From the NCBI GenBank assembly GCA_041747375.1, contig JBGTFH010000057.1, forward strand, positions 8,417 through 72,416: a stretch of DNA of 64,000 bases, in the 5' to 3' direction. The notes beneath the pieces are model-generated. The model was not told where the DNA came from and searched no databases. It saw only the letters and a program-made list of their open reading frames with translations. Below, piece by piece: positions 47,024-56,734 of the stretch (positions are counted from its first letter, which is position 1; every line of letters begins with the position of its first letter). The position numbers and the translations under genes are program-made. The stretch is from Acidimicrobiia bacterium (GTDB taxonomy: Bacteria > Actinomycetota > Acidimicrobiia > Spongiisociales > ZC4RG35).

Positions 47024-47626
47024 GTGTCGGTGGCTTCACCCACCCTGGAAACCGACCGCCTGCTGATCAGGAAATTCTCCCGACGGGACGCCGGGACCCT
47101 GAACGACGCAATCAGAGTGTCACTGCCGGATCTCAATCAGTGGCTGCCATGGGCGAGGACCGATTACGAATCCGGCGACGGGGTGGCATTTATCCGGGAC
47201 TCGGTCCAGGCATGGAAGGAAAACCGGGCCTGGGACTACTCCATTCGATTCCAGGACGACCCGACACGCCACATCGGGAACATCTCGATGTGGACAGTGT
47301 CGAAAACCGGGAAAATCGCCGAGATCGGCTACTGGATTCGATCTGACGAGGTGTCTCGAGGGGTGTGCACGGAGGCCGCTGGCGCCGTTCTCGGAGAGGC
47401 CTTTGGCCGACTCGGGTTCCATAAAGTCGTGATGAGGATTGCGATTGGGAACGAAGCATCGCACCGGGTGGCCGAAAAGCTCGGGTTCACCAGAGAAGGT
47501 GTCCTGCGTGAAGAACTGCTGATCCGGGGCAATTGGGTCGACCATGCGCAGTGGTCGATGCTCGATCGCGAATTCTCGACTTTGCGTCGTATCAAGAGAT
47601 CGACGGGGTCTACCTCAGAGACTTGA
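47024..47626 (+). CDS. GNAT family N-acetyltransferase (RimJ/RimL-like)
   Basis: 200-aa ORF with LETDRLLIRKFS N-terminus and the acetyl-CoA site RSDEVSRGVCTEAAGAVL. Confidence 0.85.
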   Translation: MSVASPTLETDRLLIRKFSRRDAGTLNDAIRVSLPDLNQWLPWARTDYESGDGVAFIRDSVQAWKENRAWDYSIRFQDDPTRHIGNISMWTVSKTGKIAEIGYWIRSDEVSRGVCTEAAGAVLGEAFGRLGFHKVVMRIAIGNEASHRVAEKLGFTREGVLREELLIRGNWVDHAQWSMLDREFSTLRRIKRSTGSTSET

Positions 47627-47632
47627 ACACCT

Positions 47633-49117
47633 TCAACCGCCGGCTGCCAGGACCCGGGACGCCTCGCCTACGAAGGTGGCGATGGACGGGTAGATCCCGA
47701 TGGCGATGGTGAGACCCGCAGTGATCACCAACGCCAGACGAAGAGCTCCAGATGACTCCGTCTCCTCGTCGGGGATTCGATCGGCGGCGGGGTCGTCGAG
47801 CCAAACCGCCTTGACCACCCGTGCGTAGTAGTAGAAGGCAACGACCGCGTTGATCGCAGCAATCACCGCGAGGATGATGGTCGCCGAGCCGCCCGCGATG
47901 ATCACCGATCGGAACATCTCGAACTTGGCGAACCACCCGGCGAGAGGAGGTATCCCCGCCAGGCTGAAGAAGAAGATGGCCACCAGAACTCCCAACCTGG
48001 CATCGATCTTGCCCAGACCGGCCCAGGCGTTGATCTCGCCCGACCCGAGCTTGTTGCCGACAGCAATGACCACGGCGAAAGCGCCGAGATTCATGATCGA
48101 GAAGATCACCAGATAGATGATGGTCGCCGAAAACCCCTGTTCCAGGTTTGATCCGGCGACAGCGGCGGCCGCGAACGGAACCAGCATGAACCCGGCCTGA
48201 GCAATCGAACTGTATGCCAGGAGCCGCACGATGTTCGTCTGACGGAGTGCTGACAGGTTGCCCAGAATCATCGAGAGGGCGGCGATCACCCATAGCGCCG
48301 GTGCCCAGATCTCGCTCAGTTCGGGCAGTCCCAGATACATCACTAGAAGCATGGCGACGAAACCGGCGGCCTTGGAGTTGACCGACAGATAGGCCGTGAC
48401 CGGTGTTGGCGCTCCCTCATAGGTATCCGGTACCCAGAAGTGGAAGGGGGCGGCAGCGATTTTGAAGCCAAACCCGAGAATGATGAAGAGGACGGCGAGG
48501 ATCATCGCCGGCTCGGCCTCCTGGCCCACCGTCGCTGCAGAAAGCCCGCCAAAAGTCACTTCACCGGTCAACCCGTAGAGCATCGACATCCCCCACAGCA
48601 GGATCCCGGTGGAGAGAACACCCATGATGAAGAATTTGAGCGACGCCTCGTTCGATTTCAGGTCTCCCTTGCGCCACCCGGCGAGCAGGAAGAGGGGCCC
48701 GGTGGTGAGCTCGAGTCCGACGAAGAGAATGATCAGGTCGCGCGACGATGCCATCAACAACGTGCCCAGGACCGAGGCAAGGATAAGAAAGTAGTACTCG
48801 CCCTGGTAGAAGCGCTCCGACTCGATGTATTGATGCGAAAGCAGCAGGACCAGGTAGGCCGACACGATGAACAGGCCTTTGAGGACCAGGGCAAACTGGT
48901 CTACGACGTAACTGCCGTCGAACATCGACCGCACCTCGCCATCGACTGCGAGAAAGATCAGAGGCACTGCCGCCAATGCCGTTCCGGCCACCGCTGCCGT
49001 TGCCGTCCAGTATTTGTTGGGGCGGGTCAGGATGAGATCCAGCGCAAAGACGACGAGCATCGTCACCACGATCACCAACTCCGGCGCTAACGCCAGGTAG
49101 TCGATATCAAATGGCAT
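47633..49117 (-). CDS. nuoN: NADH-quinone oxidoreductase subunit N
   Basis: 494-aa antiporter-like polytopic protein, last gene of the nuo cluster. Confidence 0.9.
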   Translation of the reverse strand: MPFDIDYLALAPELVIVVTMLVVFALDLILTRPNKYWTATAAVAGTALAAVPLIFLAVDGEVRSMFDGSYVVDQFALVLKGLFIVSAYLVLLLSHQYIESERFYQGEYYFLILASVLGTLLMASSRDLIILFVGLELTTGPLFLLAGWRKGDLKSNEASLKFFIMGVLSTGILLWGMSMLYGLTGEVTFGGLSAATVGQEAEPAMILAVLFIILGFGFKIAAAPFHFWVPDTYEGAPTPVTAYLSVNSKAAGFVAMLLVMYLGLPELSEIWAPALWVIAALSMILGNLSALRQTNIVRLLAYSSIAQAGFMLVPFAAAAVAGSNLEQGFSATIIYLVIFSIMNLGAFAVVIAVGNKLGSGEINAWAGLGKIDARLGVLVAIFFFSLAGIPPLAGWFAKFEMFRSVIIAGGSATIILAVIAAINAVVAFYYYARVVKAVWLDDPAADRIPDEETESSGALRLALVITAGLTIAIGIYPSIATFVGEASRVLAAGG

Positions 49118-49150
49118 GGTGCCAGCCGATCAGCGCCAGTGGATGCACGG

Positions 49151-50764
49151 TTAGCCACCACCCGGGAGCGAAGCAGTGATGTCGGCACCGAACACGGTCT
49201 CGACCAACGAAACCACAGTGTCGGTGGTCGACTCGAAAACGATCTTGGGATAGATTCCGATCACGACGATCAGGATGACAATCGGCACCCACGCCATCAT
49301 CTCAAAACGGTCGACGTCGCGGAATTCGTGGCCCTCCCATTCAGTCGAAGGGTCGCCGAGGTTGACCTCCTGCAACATATAGAGCATGTACCCGGCGGTG
49401 AGAACGGTGCCGATGGCCCCGATCACCATCGCGGTCCGAAATAATCCGAGGGGCAGACCCGCCAGCGGGTTGTACGACCCGACGAGGGACATGAACTCAC
49501 CCCAGAAACCAGCCAAGCCGGGTAGGCCGAGCGATGCCATCGCGGTGAAGGAGAGGATGCCACCCATGATCGGCATGAGTTTCATGTTCCCGCCGAGACG
49601 TGACATCTCGCGGGTGTGGTAGCGGTGATGGATCGACCCTGCCACAAAGAACAGCAAGCCGGTGATGAGGCCGTGGGCGACCATCCCGATTATCGAAGCA
49701 TTGATCCCAATCTCGGTCAGGGTGGAAATGCCGAGCATCACGAATCCCATGTGGCCCACCGACGAAAACGCGATCAGCCGCTTCATGTCAGTCTGCGCCA
49801 GACAGGCGAGCGAGCCATAGATGATCCCGATAACGGAGAGGATGGCGATGAACGGAGCCCAGCTCCTTGCCTCCTCGGGAAGGATCGGCAATGAGATCCG
49901 GATAAAGGCGTACGACCCGAGTTTCAGCATGATTGCTGCCAGCAGCACCGAACCCACGGTGGGTGCGGCGGTATGGGCGTCGGGGAGCCAGGTGTGGAAA
50001 GGCCACATCGGCACCTTGACGGCGAACCCGAGGAACATCGCACCAAAGACAAGGAAGGCAAAGGTGCCGGTGAATGCTCCGGCGCCTCCAAGCTCGGTCA
50101 ACTGCACCATGTCAAAGGTCCGCTCCCCGAACTCACCGGACTTGAAGTAGAGGGCAAGGAATCCAAGCAGCATGAAGGCAGAACCGAACAGAGTGAACAG
50201 GAAGAACTTGATCGACGCGTAGAGCCTCGTTTCCACCTCCCTGGCAAACCCGGGGATCTTCCGGAGCGTCCTGTCTCCCCATACCCCGATCATGAAATAC
50301 ATCGGGAGCAACACGATTTCAAAGAAGATGAAGAACAGCACGAGGTCGAGGGCTACGAAGGTCCCGTTCATCCCGGTGGCCAGTAGCAACATCAGCATCA
50401 GGAAGGCTTTGGGGTTGCGTGGCTCATCCCAATGGTTCCATGAGTAGATGACCGACAGGACCATGAGGAAAGTCGATAGAACCAGCAGCGGGAGACTTAT
50501 CCCGTCGATACCCAGGTGGTAATTGGCGTTGATGGCACCAATCCAGGTCTTATCGACCTCGAACTGATAACTGTTGTAAGAACTCCCACCAAAGTCGAAC
50601 TGGCCGATCATCACGATCGAAAGCAGAAACGCTACAACGGCAGAACCCAGCCCGAGGGCCTTGACGACGCCTTCTCTCTCCTTTGGCACCAAGCCGATCA
50701 GCAGAGCGCCGATCACTGGCACGAAGACGATGAGCGTCAGACCCCAGCTTTCGAACCATTCCAT
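49151..50764 (-). CDS. nuoM: NADH-quinone oxidoreductase subunit M
   Basis: 537-aa antiporter-like subunit with WLPDAH motif. Confidence 0.9.
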   Translation of the reverse strand: MEWFESWGLTLIVFVPVIGALLIGLVPKEREGVVKALGLGSAVVAFLLSIVMIGQFDFGGSSYNSYQFEVDKTWIGAINANYHLGIDGISLPLLVLSTFLMVLSVIYSWNHWDEPRNPKAFLMLMLLLATGMNGTFVALDLVLFFIFFEIVLLPMYFMIGVWGDRTLRKIPGFAREVETRLYASIKFFLFTLFGSAFMLLGFLALYFKSGEFGERTFDMVQLTELGGAGAFTGTFAFLVFGAMFLGFAVKVPMWPFHTWLPDAHTAAPTVGSVLLAAIMLKLGSYAFIRISLPILPEEARSWAPFIAILSVIGIIYGSLACLAQTDMKRLIAFSSVGHMGFVMLGISTLTEIGINASIIGMVAHGLITGLLFFVAGSIHHRYHTREMSRLGGNMKLMPIMGGILSFTAMASLGLPGLAGFWGEFMSLVGSYNPLAGLPLGLFRTAMVIGAIGTVLTAGYMLYMLQEVNLGDPSTEWEGHEFRDVDRFEMMAWVPIVILIVVIGIYPKIVFESTTDTVVSLVETVFGADITASLPGGG

Positions 50765-50776
50765 TTCTATGCCTTC

Positions 50777-52825
50777 CTAAATCGCGATCACAAATATGAC
50801 AACTAAGAGGACAGCCCCACCAACCGCAAAGGCGGCGTACTGCTGGACCCGCCCGGTCTGGAGACGTCTCATTCCGCCACCGGCGCCGTCGGCAGCCGCC
50901 GACAATCCGTTGGCAAATCCGTCAACACCCCGTTGATCGAGGATGTTGTACACAAAACCGCCCAGGACCTTCATCGAGCCTGCCACTCCGTTGATGATCC
51001 CGTCGAGAACATAGGTGTTGAACCAGACCACCGCTCTCGCCGACGGCCCCATGATGAATGCAACGAGGCCGAGGGCGGCGTCGTCGATGTAGTACTTGCG
51101 CCGCAGAAGTGGATAGAGGACCGGCACATCGAGAGTGTCCCGCTCTTCTTGAGTTTCCCGGTCCTGGCCCCAAATTGCCAGACCGAGCCAGACTCCCAGG
51201 AGAGCAGCCGCCATGCCGAGTGCGGCCAACGCCAGATCGATCCCTTCGGCGTGATGGTCGCCCATCCCTACCACCCGGACACCCAGCCAGGTCGTGAAGT
51301 TTTGTATCCCGGGAAAACTCACACCAGGAATGTTGACGAGCCCGAACAATGCCGACGGAATCGCCAGACCGACCAATGGCCAGGTCATGATCCTCGGTGA
51401 CTCGTGCGGATGGGCGTTGCCTTTGTACCTGCCAAAGAACGTGAGTGCCACGGTCCGGGTCATGTACAGAGCGGTGACAAAGGCACCGGCGATCGCGATC
51501 CACATCACGACGGTATAGCCCTCGTGTCCCAGGGTGGCGAGGATCTCATCCTTCGACCAGAACCCCGCCAACGGGAAGATTCCGGCCAGGGCCAGCGAAC
51601 CAACCATGAATGTCCAGTACGTGGTGGGCATGAATTTTCGCAAGCCCCCCATATCGGTCATGTTGTTCGAGTGCACCGCATGGATCACCGATCCAGCACC
51701 GAGGAACAGGAGCGCCTTGAAAAAGGCATGGGTGAACAGGTGGAAAAGACCGGCCGTATACCCGCCGGCTGCGATGGCGGTCATCATGTAGCCGAGTTGG
51801 GACACGGTGGAATATGCGAGCACCTTCTTGATGTCGTTCTGGACCAGAGCGAGCAGACCGATCGCAAAGAGGGTGATACCTCCAATCGCCACCATCCACG
51901 GTCGGGCCTCCTGTGCCAGATTTTGGAACAATGGGAAGGTCCGTGCCATCAAATAGACGCCCGCCGTGACCATGGTTGCCGCGTGCATGAGCGCCGATAC
52001 CGGCGTCGGCCCGGCCATGGCGTCGGGGAGCCAGATGTGCATCGGGAACTGGGCGCTCTTGCCCATCGCGCCGAAGAAGAGCAGTAAGCCTCCCGTCACT
52101 GCGACCGCGGCCAAGGCCTCGTCGTGGGCAAACGACGCGAGGTCCAATTCCGCGAACCCGAAGTCCCCGATCGAGACACCGACAAGGATCGTCCCCAGTA
52201 TCAAGCCAACGTCGGCCGCCTTGTTGGTCAGGAACGCCTTGTTGCCGGCGCGTACGTTGTCGAGGTCTTCCCAGTAGTGCCCGATCAACAGGTAAGACGC
52301 CAGCCCGACTCCTTCCCACCCGATTATCAGTTGGATCAGGTTTGGCGCTGACACCAGGACCAGCATCGATCCGGCGAAAAGGGAAAAAGCGGCGAAGAAG
52401 TTATTGACCCTGACGTCGCCCTTCATATATCCGAGTGCATAGATAAAGACGAGAAGACCGACAAAGTTGACCAGGAAGTACATCATGATCGACAACCCGT
52501 CCACCACCCAACCGAGCTCGAAGACCAGATCGCCACCGATCCGTCCGATCTCAAAAGTCGTCTCGGTGAGCACTCCCCCGGTCATATTCATCACAAAGAG
52601 CACTGCGGCCCAGATCAGGTTGATGGCCAAAGCGGCCACCGCGATTTCACCACCCTGGTTCTTCATCTTCTTCCCGACAAAGAGAATCAGGATGAAAGCC
52701 AAAAAGGGGAGCACGAGCATGATTCCGGCAGTGTCAGCCCACCATCCCCCATCCCCGGCAATGATCTCGACATGCCCGGCCTCTTCCGTAGCCAGGACTG
52801 ACAGGACGTTGGCGGCCCCAATCAT
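50777..52825 (-). CDS. nuoL: NADH-quinone oxidoreductase subunit L
   Basis: 682-aa antiporter-like subunit with WLPDAMAGPTPVSALMHAATMV and a long C-terminal extension. Confidence 0.9.
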   Translation of the reverse strand: MIGAANVLSVLATEEAGHVEIIAGDGGWWADTAGIMLVLPFLAFILILFVGKKMKNQGGEIAVAALAINLIWAAVLFVMNMTGGVLTETTFEIGRIGGDLVFELGWVVDGLSIMMYFLVNFVGLLVFIYALGYMKGDVRVNNFFAAFSLFAGSMLVLVSAPNLIQLIIGWEGVGLASYLLIGHYWEDLDNVRAGNKAFLTNKAADVGLILGTILVGVSIGDFGFAELDLASFAHDEALAAVAVTGGLLLFFGAMGKSAQFPMHIWLPDAMAGPTPVSALMHAATMVTAGVYLMARTFPLFQNLAQEARPWMVAIGGITLFAIGLLALVQNDIKKVLAYSTVSQLGYMMTAIAAGGYTAGLFHLFTHAFFKALLFLGAGSVIHAVHSNNMTDMGGLRKFMPTTYWTFMVGSLALAGIFPLAGFWSKDEILATLGHEGYTVVMWIAIAGAFVTALYMTRTVALTFFGRYKGNAHPHESPRIMTWPLVGLAIPSALFGLVNIPGVSFPGIQNFTTWLGVRVVGMGDHHAEGIDLALAALGMAAALLGVWLGLAIWGQDRETQEERDTLDVPVLYPLLRRKYYIDDAALGLVAFIMGPSARAVVWFNTYVLDGIINGVAGSMKVLGGFVYNILDQRGVDGFANGLSAAADGAGGGMRRLQTGRVQQYAAFAVGGAVLLVVIFVIAI

Positions 52826-52847
52826 GGTGCACCTCGGAAGTGGCGCT

Positions 52848-52979
52848 GTCTCTCCCCCCGAAGGCGAAGCCGCCCGAGGGGAGTACCCGAGCGAAGCGAG
52901 GGGGAGGGGGGACGTCTCTCCCCCCGAAGGCGAAGCCGCCCGGGGGGAGTACCCGAGCGAAGCGAGGGGGAGGGGGGAC
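52848..52979. repeat. tandem duplication of a 66-bp GC-rich hairpin element (2 copies, 65/66 identical)
   Basis: Direct reading: GTCTCTCCCCCCGAAGGCGAAGCCGCCCG(A/G)GGGGAGTACCCGAGCGAAGCGAGGGGGAGGGGGGAC at 52848-52913 and 52914-52979, in the 237-bp nuoK-nuoL spacer. Confidence 0.9.
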
Positions 52980-53062
52980 GGAGTGACTCAACGCTGCTCA
53001 GGCGCGCAGGTTCGAGCCGGAGGGGGACGGTGGAAGCACTCAAAGAGCTCAGAAGAATCACT

Positions 53063-53368
53063 TCACCACCTCATCAGGTTGAGGTCGTCGACGTCGGCGG
53101 ACTTACGATTTCGGAAGATCATCAGGACGATCGCCAATCCGATGCCGACCTCTGCAGCGGCGATCGTGATTATGAAGATCGAAAACACCTGGCCGGTGGC
53201 ATCGGCGGAGCGAATCATCGATTCGAACGCGATCAAGTTGATATTGACGGCATTGAGCATCAGCTCCACAGAGAGAAGGATCAGCACGATGTTTCTCCGG
53301 ACCAACAGCCCGTAGGTGCCCAGGGCGAAGAGGGCGGCCGCGACTACTAGGAACTGGTTTACGAGCAT
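53063..53368 (-). CDS. nuoK: NADH-quinone oxidoreductase subunit K
   Basis: 101-aa three-TM protein with LLSVELMLNAVNINLIAF. Confidence 0.9.
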   Translation of the reverse strand: MLVNQFLVVAAALFALGTYGLLVRRNIVLILLSVELMLNAVNINLIAFESMIRSADATGQVFSIFIITIAAAEVGIGLAIVLMIFRNRKSADVDDLNLMRW

Positions 53369-53375
53369 GGCCGTC

Positions 53376-53927
53376 TCATACCGCGTCCCGTAGTTCTTCC
53401 TCGAGCGGAGTCAGGTCGCGTCTGGCGATGGTTATCCCACCGATCAGCGCGGCCAGAAGAACAAATGAAACCGCTTCGAAGGGGATCAAATACCGACCCA
53501 ACAGGCTATCGCCGAGGAGGTTGGTCGACGTTGGTTCTCCGAGCTGGGCAACTTCCCTTGATCCGAAGGAGTAGAGCGAAGATCCAGCCAACAGGACGAA
53601 GAGTGCAATCGAAAGGACGGCCGGCATCATCTTCCTGTCGATGTCGAGCGTCTCATCCAAGCCCGTTGGGGCGCGAGTGATCATGATCCCGAACAGAAAG
53701 AGGACGATTACCGCCCCGATATAGACCAGGACGAGAACCCAGGCCACGAATTCGGCTGAAAGCATGAGAAACAACCCGGCAGTGCCGGCGAGTGCACCAA
53801 CCAGAGCGAGCGCAGCGTGAACCACGTTCTTTGCGGTCACTACCTTGAATCCCGAGACCAGGACGATGATTCCGATCAGTAGAAAGACCCAGTTGACGGG
53901 TTCTGAAATCCAATCCGAAAAGCTCAT
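53376..53927 (-). CDS. nuoJ: NADH-quinone oxidoreductase subunit J
   Basis: Start set at the ATG at 53927 (MSFSDWISEPVNWVFLLIG). The 96-codon upstream extension of the listed ORF runs through the repeat element and is Arg/Pro/Ser-rich. Confidence 0.85.
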   Translation of the reverse strand: MSFSDWISEPVNWVFLLIGIIVLVSGFKVVTAKNVVHAALALVGALAGTAGLFLMLSAEFVAWVLVLVYIGAVIVLFLFGIMITRAPTGLDETLDIDRKMMPAVLSIALFVLLAGSSLYSFGSREVAQLGEPTSTNLLGDSLLGRYLIPFEAVSFVLLAALIGGITIARRDLTPLEEELRDAV

Positions 53928-53954
53928 GATGCCTCTGGCATTAGGAGCTTCGAA

Positions 53955-54028
53955 CTCTCCCCCCAAAGGCGAAGCCGCCTGGGGGGAGTACCGCCGACCT
54001 TGTCGGCGGGGAGGGGGGGCCGAGAGAC
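53955..54028. repeat. third, diverged copy of the nuo-spacer hairpin element
   Basis: CTCTCCCCCCAAAGGCGAAGCCGCCTGGGGGGAGTACC + GCCGACCTTGTCGGC + GGGGAGGGGGGG in the 115-bp nuoI-nuoJ spacer. Confidence 0.85.
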
Positions 54029-54042
54029 CACAACAAGACTTT

Positions 54043-54537
54043 TCATGGCTCCAACCCCGGAGCTTTAGGAACCGTATGCAGCCAATCCTGGAGACGATCC
54101 TTGTCGTGGAGCATGGCGCCCATCTTCTCTTCCGAGTACTCGTACTCGGGTGACCAGAACAAGGCATCGAAGGGACAAACCTCCACGCAAATGCCGCAGT
54201 ACATACAAAGGGCATAATCGATGTCGAAGCGGTCGAGTGTTGCCCTCACTTTGATCCGTCCGCCCGGTGTCTCCGGTGCTTGCTCTTCCTTGTGGCCCTC
54301 GATGTAGATACACCAGACGGGGCATTGTCGGGCGCAGAGCATGCAGACCGTGCAGGCCTCCTGGTCGAGGGCGATGACGCCGCGTGCACGGGGCACCGGG
54401 GTCTCCTTGACCTTGGGGTAGTTGACCGTCCGGAGATGTTTCCCGGGGACGAAAATCGTCTTGAACATCGTGTCCAGAGTGACCCAGAGGCCCTTGAGCA
54501 TTCCTCGCCCGGGGATTCCGCGTCGTTCGTCGGCCAT
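54043..54537 (-). CDS. nuoI: NADH-quinone oxidoreductase subunit I
   Basis: Start at the ATG at 54537 (MADERRG), sharing 1 nt with the nuoH stop. Two 4Fe-4S motifs CTVCMLCARQCP and CMYCGICVEVCP. Confidence 0.9.
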   Translation of the reverse strand: MADERRGIPGRGMLKGLWVTLDTMFKTIFVPGKHLRTVNYPKVKETPVPRARGVIALDQEACTVCMLCARQCPVWCIYIEGHKEEQAPETPGGRIKVRATLDRFDIDYALCMYCGICVEVCPFDALFWSPEYEYSEEKMGAMLHDKDRLQDWLHTVPKAPGLEP

Positions 54538-55544
54538 CAGAGCAAAACCTTGAAGGTGGCGGTTACCAGGATGTTGAGCAGGGCCAACGGAATCAGCCAT
54601 TTCCACGCAAGAGACTGCAGCTGGTCCTGGCGGAATCTGGGGAAGGTCCAGCGGAACCAAATCATGACGAAGACGAGCACAAACACCTTGGCCATCAGGA
54701 CTATCGGGCCGAGATAGGCAAGCTGACTCTCCGCCAGACCCGGTAGCCAGTACCCGCCCAGGAACAGGGTGGCCGCGATAGCCGACATCGTGAACATGTT
54801 GGCGAACTCGGCGAGGAAGAAAAACAGGAAACGAAAACCGGAATACTCGGTGAGATAACCCATGACCAACTCGGATTCGGCAATCGGCATGTCGAAGGGA
54901 ATTCGAGTCAATTCGGCGAGAGCGGCGATCATGAAGATGGCGAACCCGACAAACTGAAAGATCACATACGGGTAGCCGGACTCGATCTGAGCTTCGACGA
55001 TTCCGGTCATGCTCATGGTCCCGGCCAGGATGACCGAGCCCACCACTGCCAGTATCAACGGCAATTCATAGGCAATCAACTGCCCCGCGGCGCGCAGACC
55101 ACCCATCAGGGAATACTTGTTGGCCGATGACCATCCGGCCACCAGAACTCCGATAGTGGACAACGAGGAGATCGCAAGGGCGTAGAAGATGCCGACATCG
55201 AGATCGCGGAAGATGAGGCCCGGACCGAAAGGAATGACCACAAATAGGGCCACCGTGCCCACCAACACCCAGATCGGCGCGGTCTTGAACACCGGACGGT
55301 CGGCATCCGTCGGGATCAAGTCTTCCTTCTGGAAGAACTTCACTCCATCAGCTATCAGCTGGGCCCATCCCCAGCGACCGCCCGCAAAGTATGGGCCGAC
55401 ACGGTTTTGCATCTTCGCCGAGAGCTTCATCTCGGCGAACCCGATGACCATGCCGATTAGCGGGATCATCAGGGCGACGAGAAGTATTTTTCCCACCAGC
55501 GAAACCCAGAAGTTCGAAAACAAGTCAAGGACTATTTCGGGCAT
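54537..55544 (-). CDS. nuoH: NADH-quinone oxidoreductase subunit H
   Basis: 335-aa polytopic protein with KLSAKMQNRVGPYFAGGRWGWAQLIADGVKFF. Confidence 0.9.
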   Translation of the reverse strand: MPEIVLDLFSNFWVSLVGKILLVALMIPLIGMVIGFAEMKLSAKMQNRVGPYFAGGRWGWAQLIADGVKFFQKEDLIPTDADRPVFKTAPIWVLVGTVALFVVIPFGPGLIFRDLDVGIFYALAISSLSTIGVLVAGWSSANKYSLMGGLRAAGQLIAYELPLILAVVGSVILAGTMSMTGIVEAQIESGYPYVIFQFVGFAIFMIAALAELTRIPFDMPIAESELVMGYLTEYSGFRFLFFFLAEFANMFTMSAIAATLFLGGYWLPGLAESQLAYLGPIVLMAKVFVLVFVMIWFRWTFPRFRQDQLQSLAWKWLIPLALLNILVTATFKVLL

Positions 55545-56734
55545 TATCTGTCCACGTCCCCGAGCACGAAGTCGAGGCTACCCATGATGGCGATGATGTC
55601 CGGCACCAGGACACCTTCGAGGATCCAGGGCAGGATCGAGAGGTTGGAGAAGCTCGCCGACCTGATTTTGAGTCGATAGGGGCCCTGGCCGCCATCAGAC
55701 ACCAGGTAATAGCCCATCTCACCCTTCGGGTTTTCAGCACGGACGTATGTCTCTCCGGCCGGGACCTTGATCACCTTGGGTACTTTGGCCTGGAGCGGGC
55801 CTGATGGAATACTTTCGATCGCCTGGCTGATAATCCTCGCCGACTGGCGCATTTCTTGGAGTCGGACCCACCAGCGGTCCCAGCAGTCGCCATTTGCCCC
55901 GGTGGGCACGTCAAAGTCAAAGCGGTCATAGGGCAGGTAGTCGTCGACCTTGCGGAGGTCAAAGGCTGCCCCGGATGCACGGAGATTGGGGCCGGAGACC
56001 CCGAACGCGGCGGCAACTTCCAGCGGGAGGATCCCGATACCTTTGGTGCGGGCAAGGATGATTTCGTTACCGGCCACCAGGTCTTCGAGTTGGTCGGCAG
56101 CGTGGAGAATCTGATCCATCGCTTCACGGGTTTCCATAAGAAATCCGGCGGGCAGGTCCTGCGGGGTCTTTTTCTGGGTCGGACCGGCACCGGCGATTGG
56201 CTTGACCCCACCGATGCGGTTGAAGTTGGGGTGGAATCGGCCCCCGGTCACGCTTTCGAGCAGATCGAGGACCCGTTCCCGTTCCCTGAGGGCAAAGAAA
56301 AGTGGTGTCGCCGCCCCCAACTCCAACGGGTACGAGGCCATGAACACCATATGCGAAGAGATACGCGCCATCTCGGTGAGGATCAACCTGATGTACTGGG
56401 CCCGTTCCGGCACTTCGATCTCCATCAGCTTCTCGGTCGCCACCATAAAGGGAATCTCGTTCGCATAGCCCGAAACCCAGTCGATTCGGTTGAGCAGGGC
56501 TGTGATCTGCGGATAAGAGCGGACCTCGGACAGTTTCTCGTAGCCGCGATGCATGTAGCCAATCACCGGACGCACATCGTGTACCCGTTCGCCATCGACC
56601 CGGGCCACGAGACGGAGCACTCCGTGGGTCGAGGGGTGCTGCGGCCCGATATTGAGGGTCATCTCGGCGGTCTCGAGTTCCACCGAGACCGAAGCCTCAC
56701 TCATGTGACGGAGGGTGTCGTGATCGATGGTCAC
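55544..56734 (-). CDS. nuoD: NADH-quinone oxidoreductase subunit D
   Basis: 396-aa ORF with NIGPQHPSTHGVLRL. Its stop shares 1 nt with the nuoH start, so nothing lies between D and H. Confidence 0.9.
   Translation of the reverse strand: MTIDHDTLRHMSEASVSVELETAEMTLNIGPQHPSTHGVLRLVARVDGERVHDVRPVIGYMHRGYEKLSEVRSYPQITALLNRIDWVSGYANEIPFMVATEKLMEIEVPERAQYIRLILTEMARISSHMVFMASYPLELGAATPLFFALRERERVLDLLESVTGGRFHPNFNRIGGVKPIAGAGPTQKKTPQDLPAGFLMETREAMDQILHAADQLEDLVAGNEIILARTKGIGILPLEVAAAFGVSGPNLRASGAAFDLRKVDDYLPYDRFDFDVPTGANGDCWDRWWVRLQEMRQSARIISQAIESIPSGPLQAKVPKVIKVPAGETYVRAENPKGEMGYYLVSDGGQGPYRLKIRSASFSNLSILPWILEGVLVPDIIAIMGSLDFVLGDVDR

Noticed and set aside
52467-53315. 282-aa plus-strand ORF containing the repeated peptide SPPEGEAARGEYPSEARGRGD
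   Set aside because: It is antisense to nuoL and nuoK at both ends. The repeat peptide is simply the translated 66-bp tandem DNA repeat, and the composition is low-complexity.
53928-54215. N-terminal 96-codon extension of the NuoJ ORF. Similar extensions occur on NuoI (54538-54660), NuoB (57863-58081) and PurH (4475-4597)
   Set aside because: The extensions overlap the upstream gene or run through the hairpin repeat, have an Arg/Pro/Ser-rich composition, and canonical N-termini begin at internal starts that give stop/start coupling.
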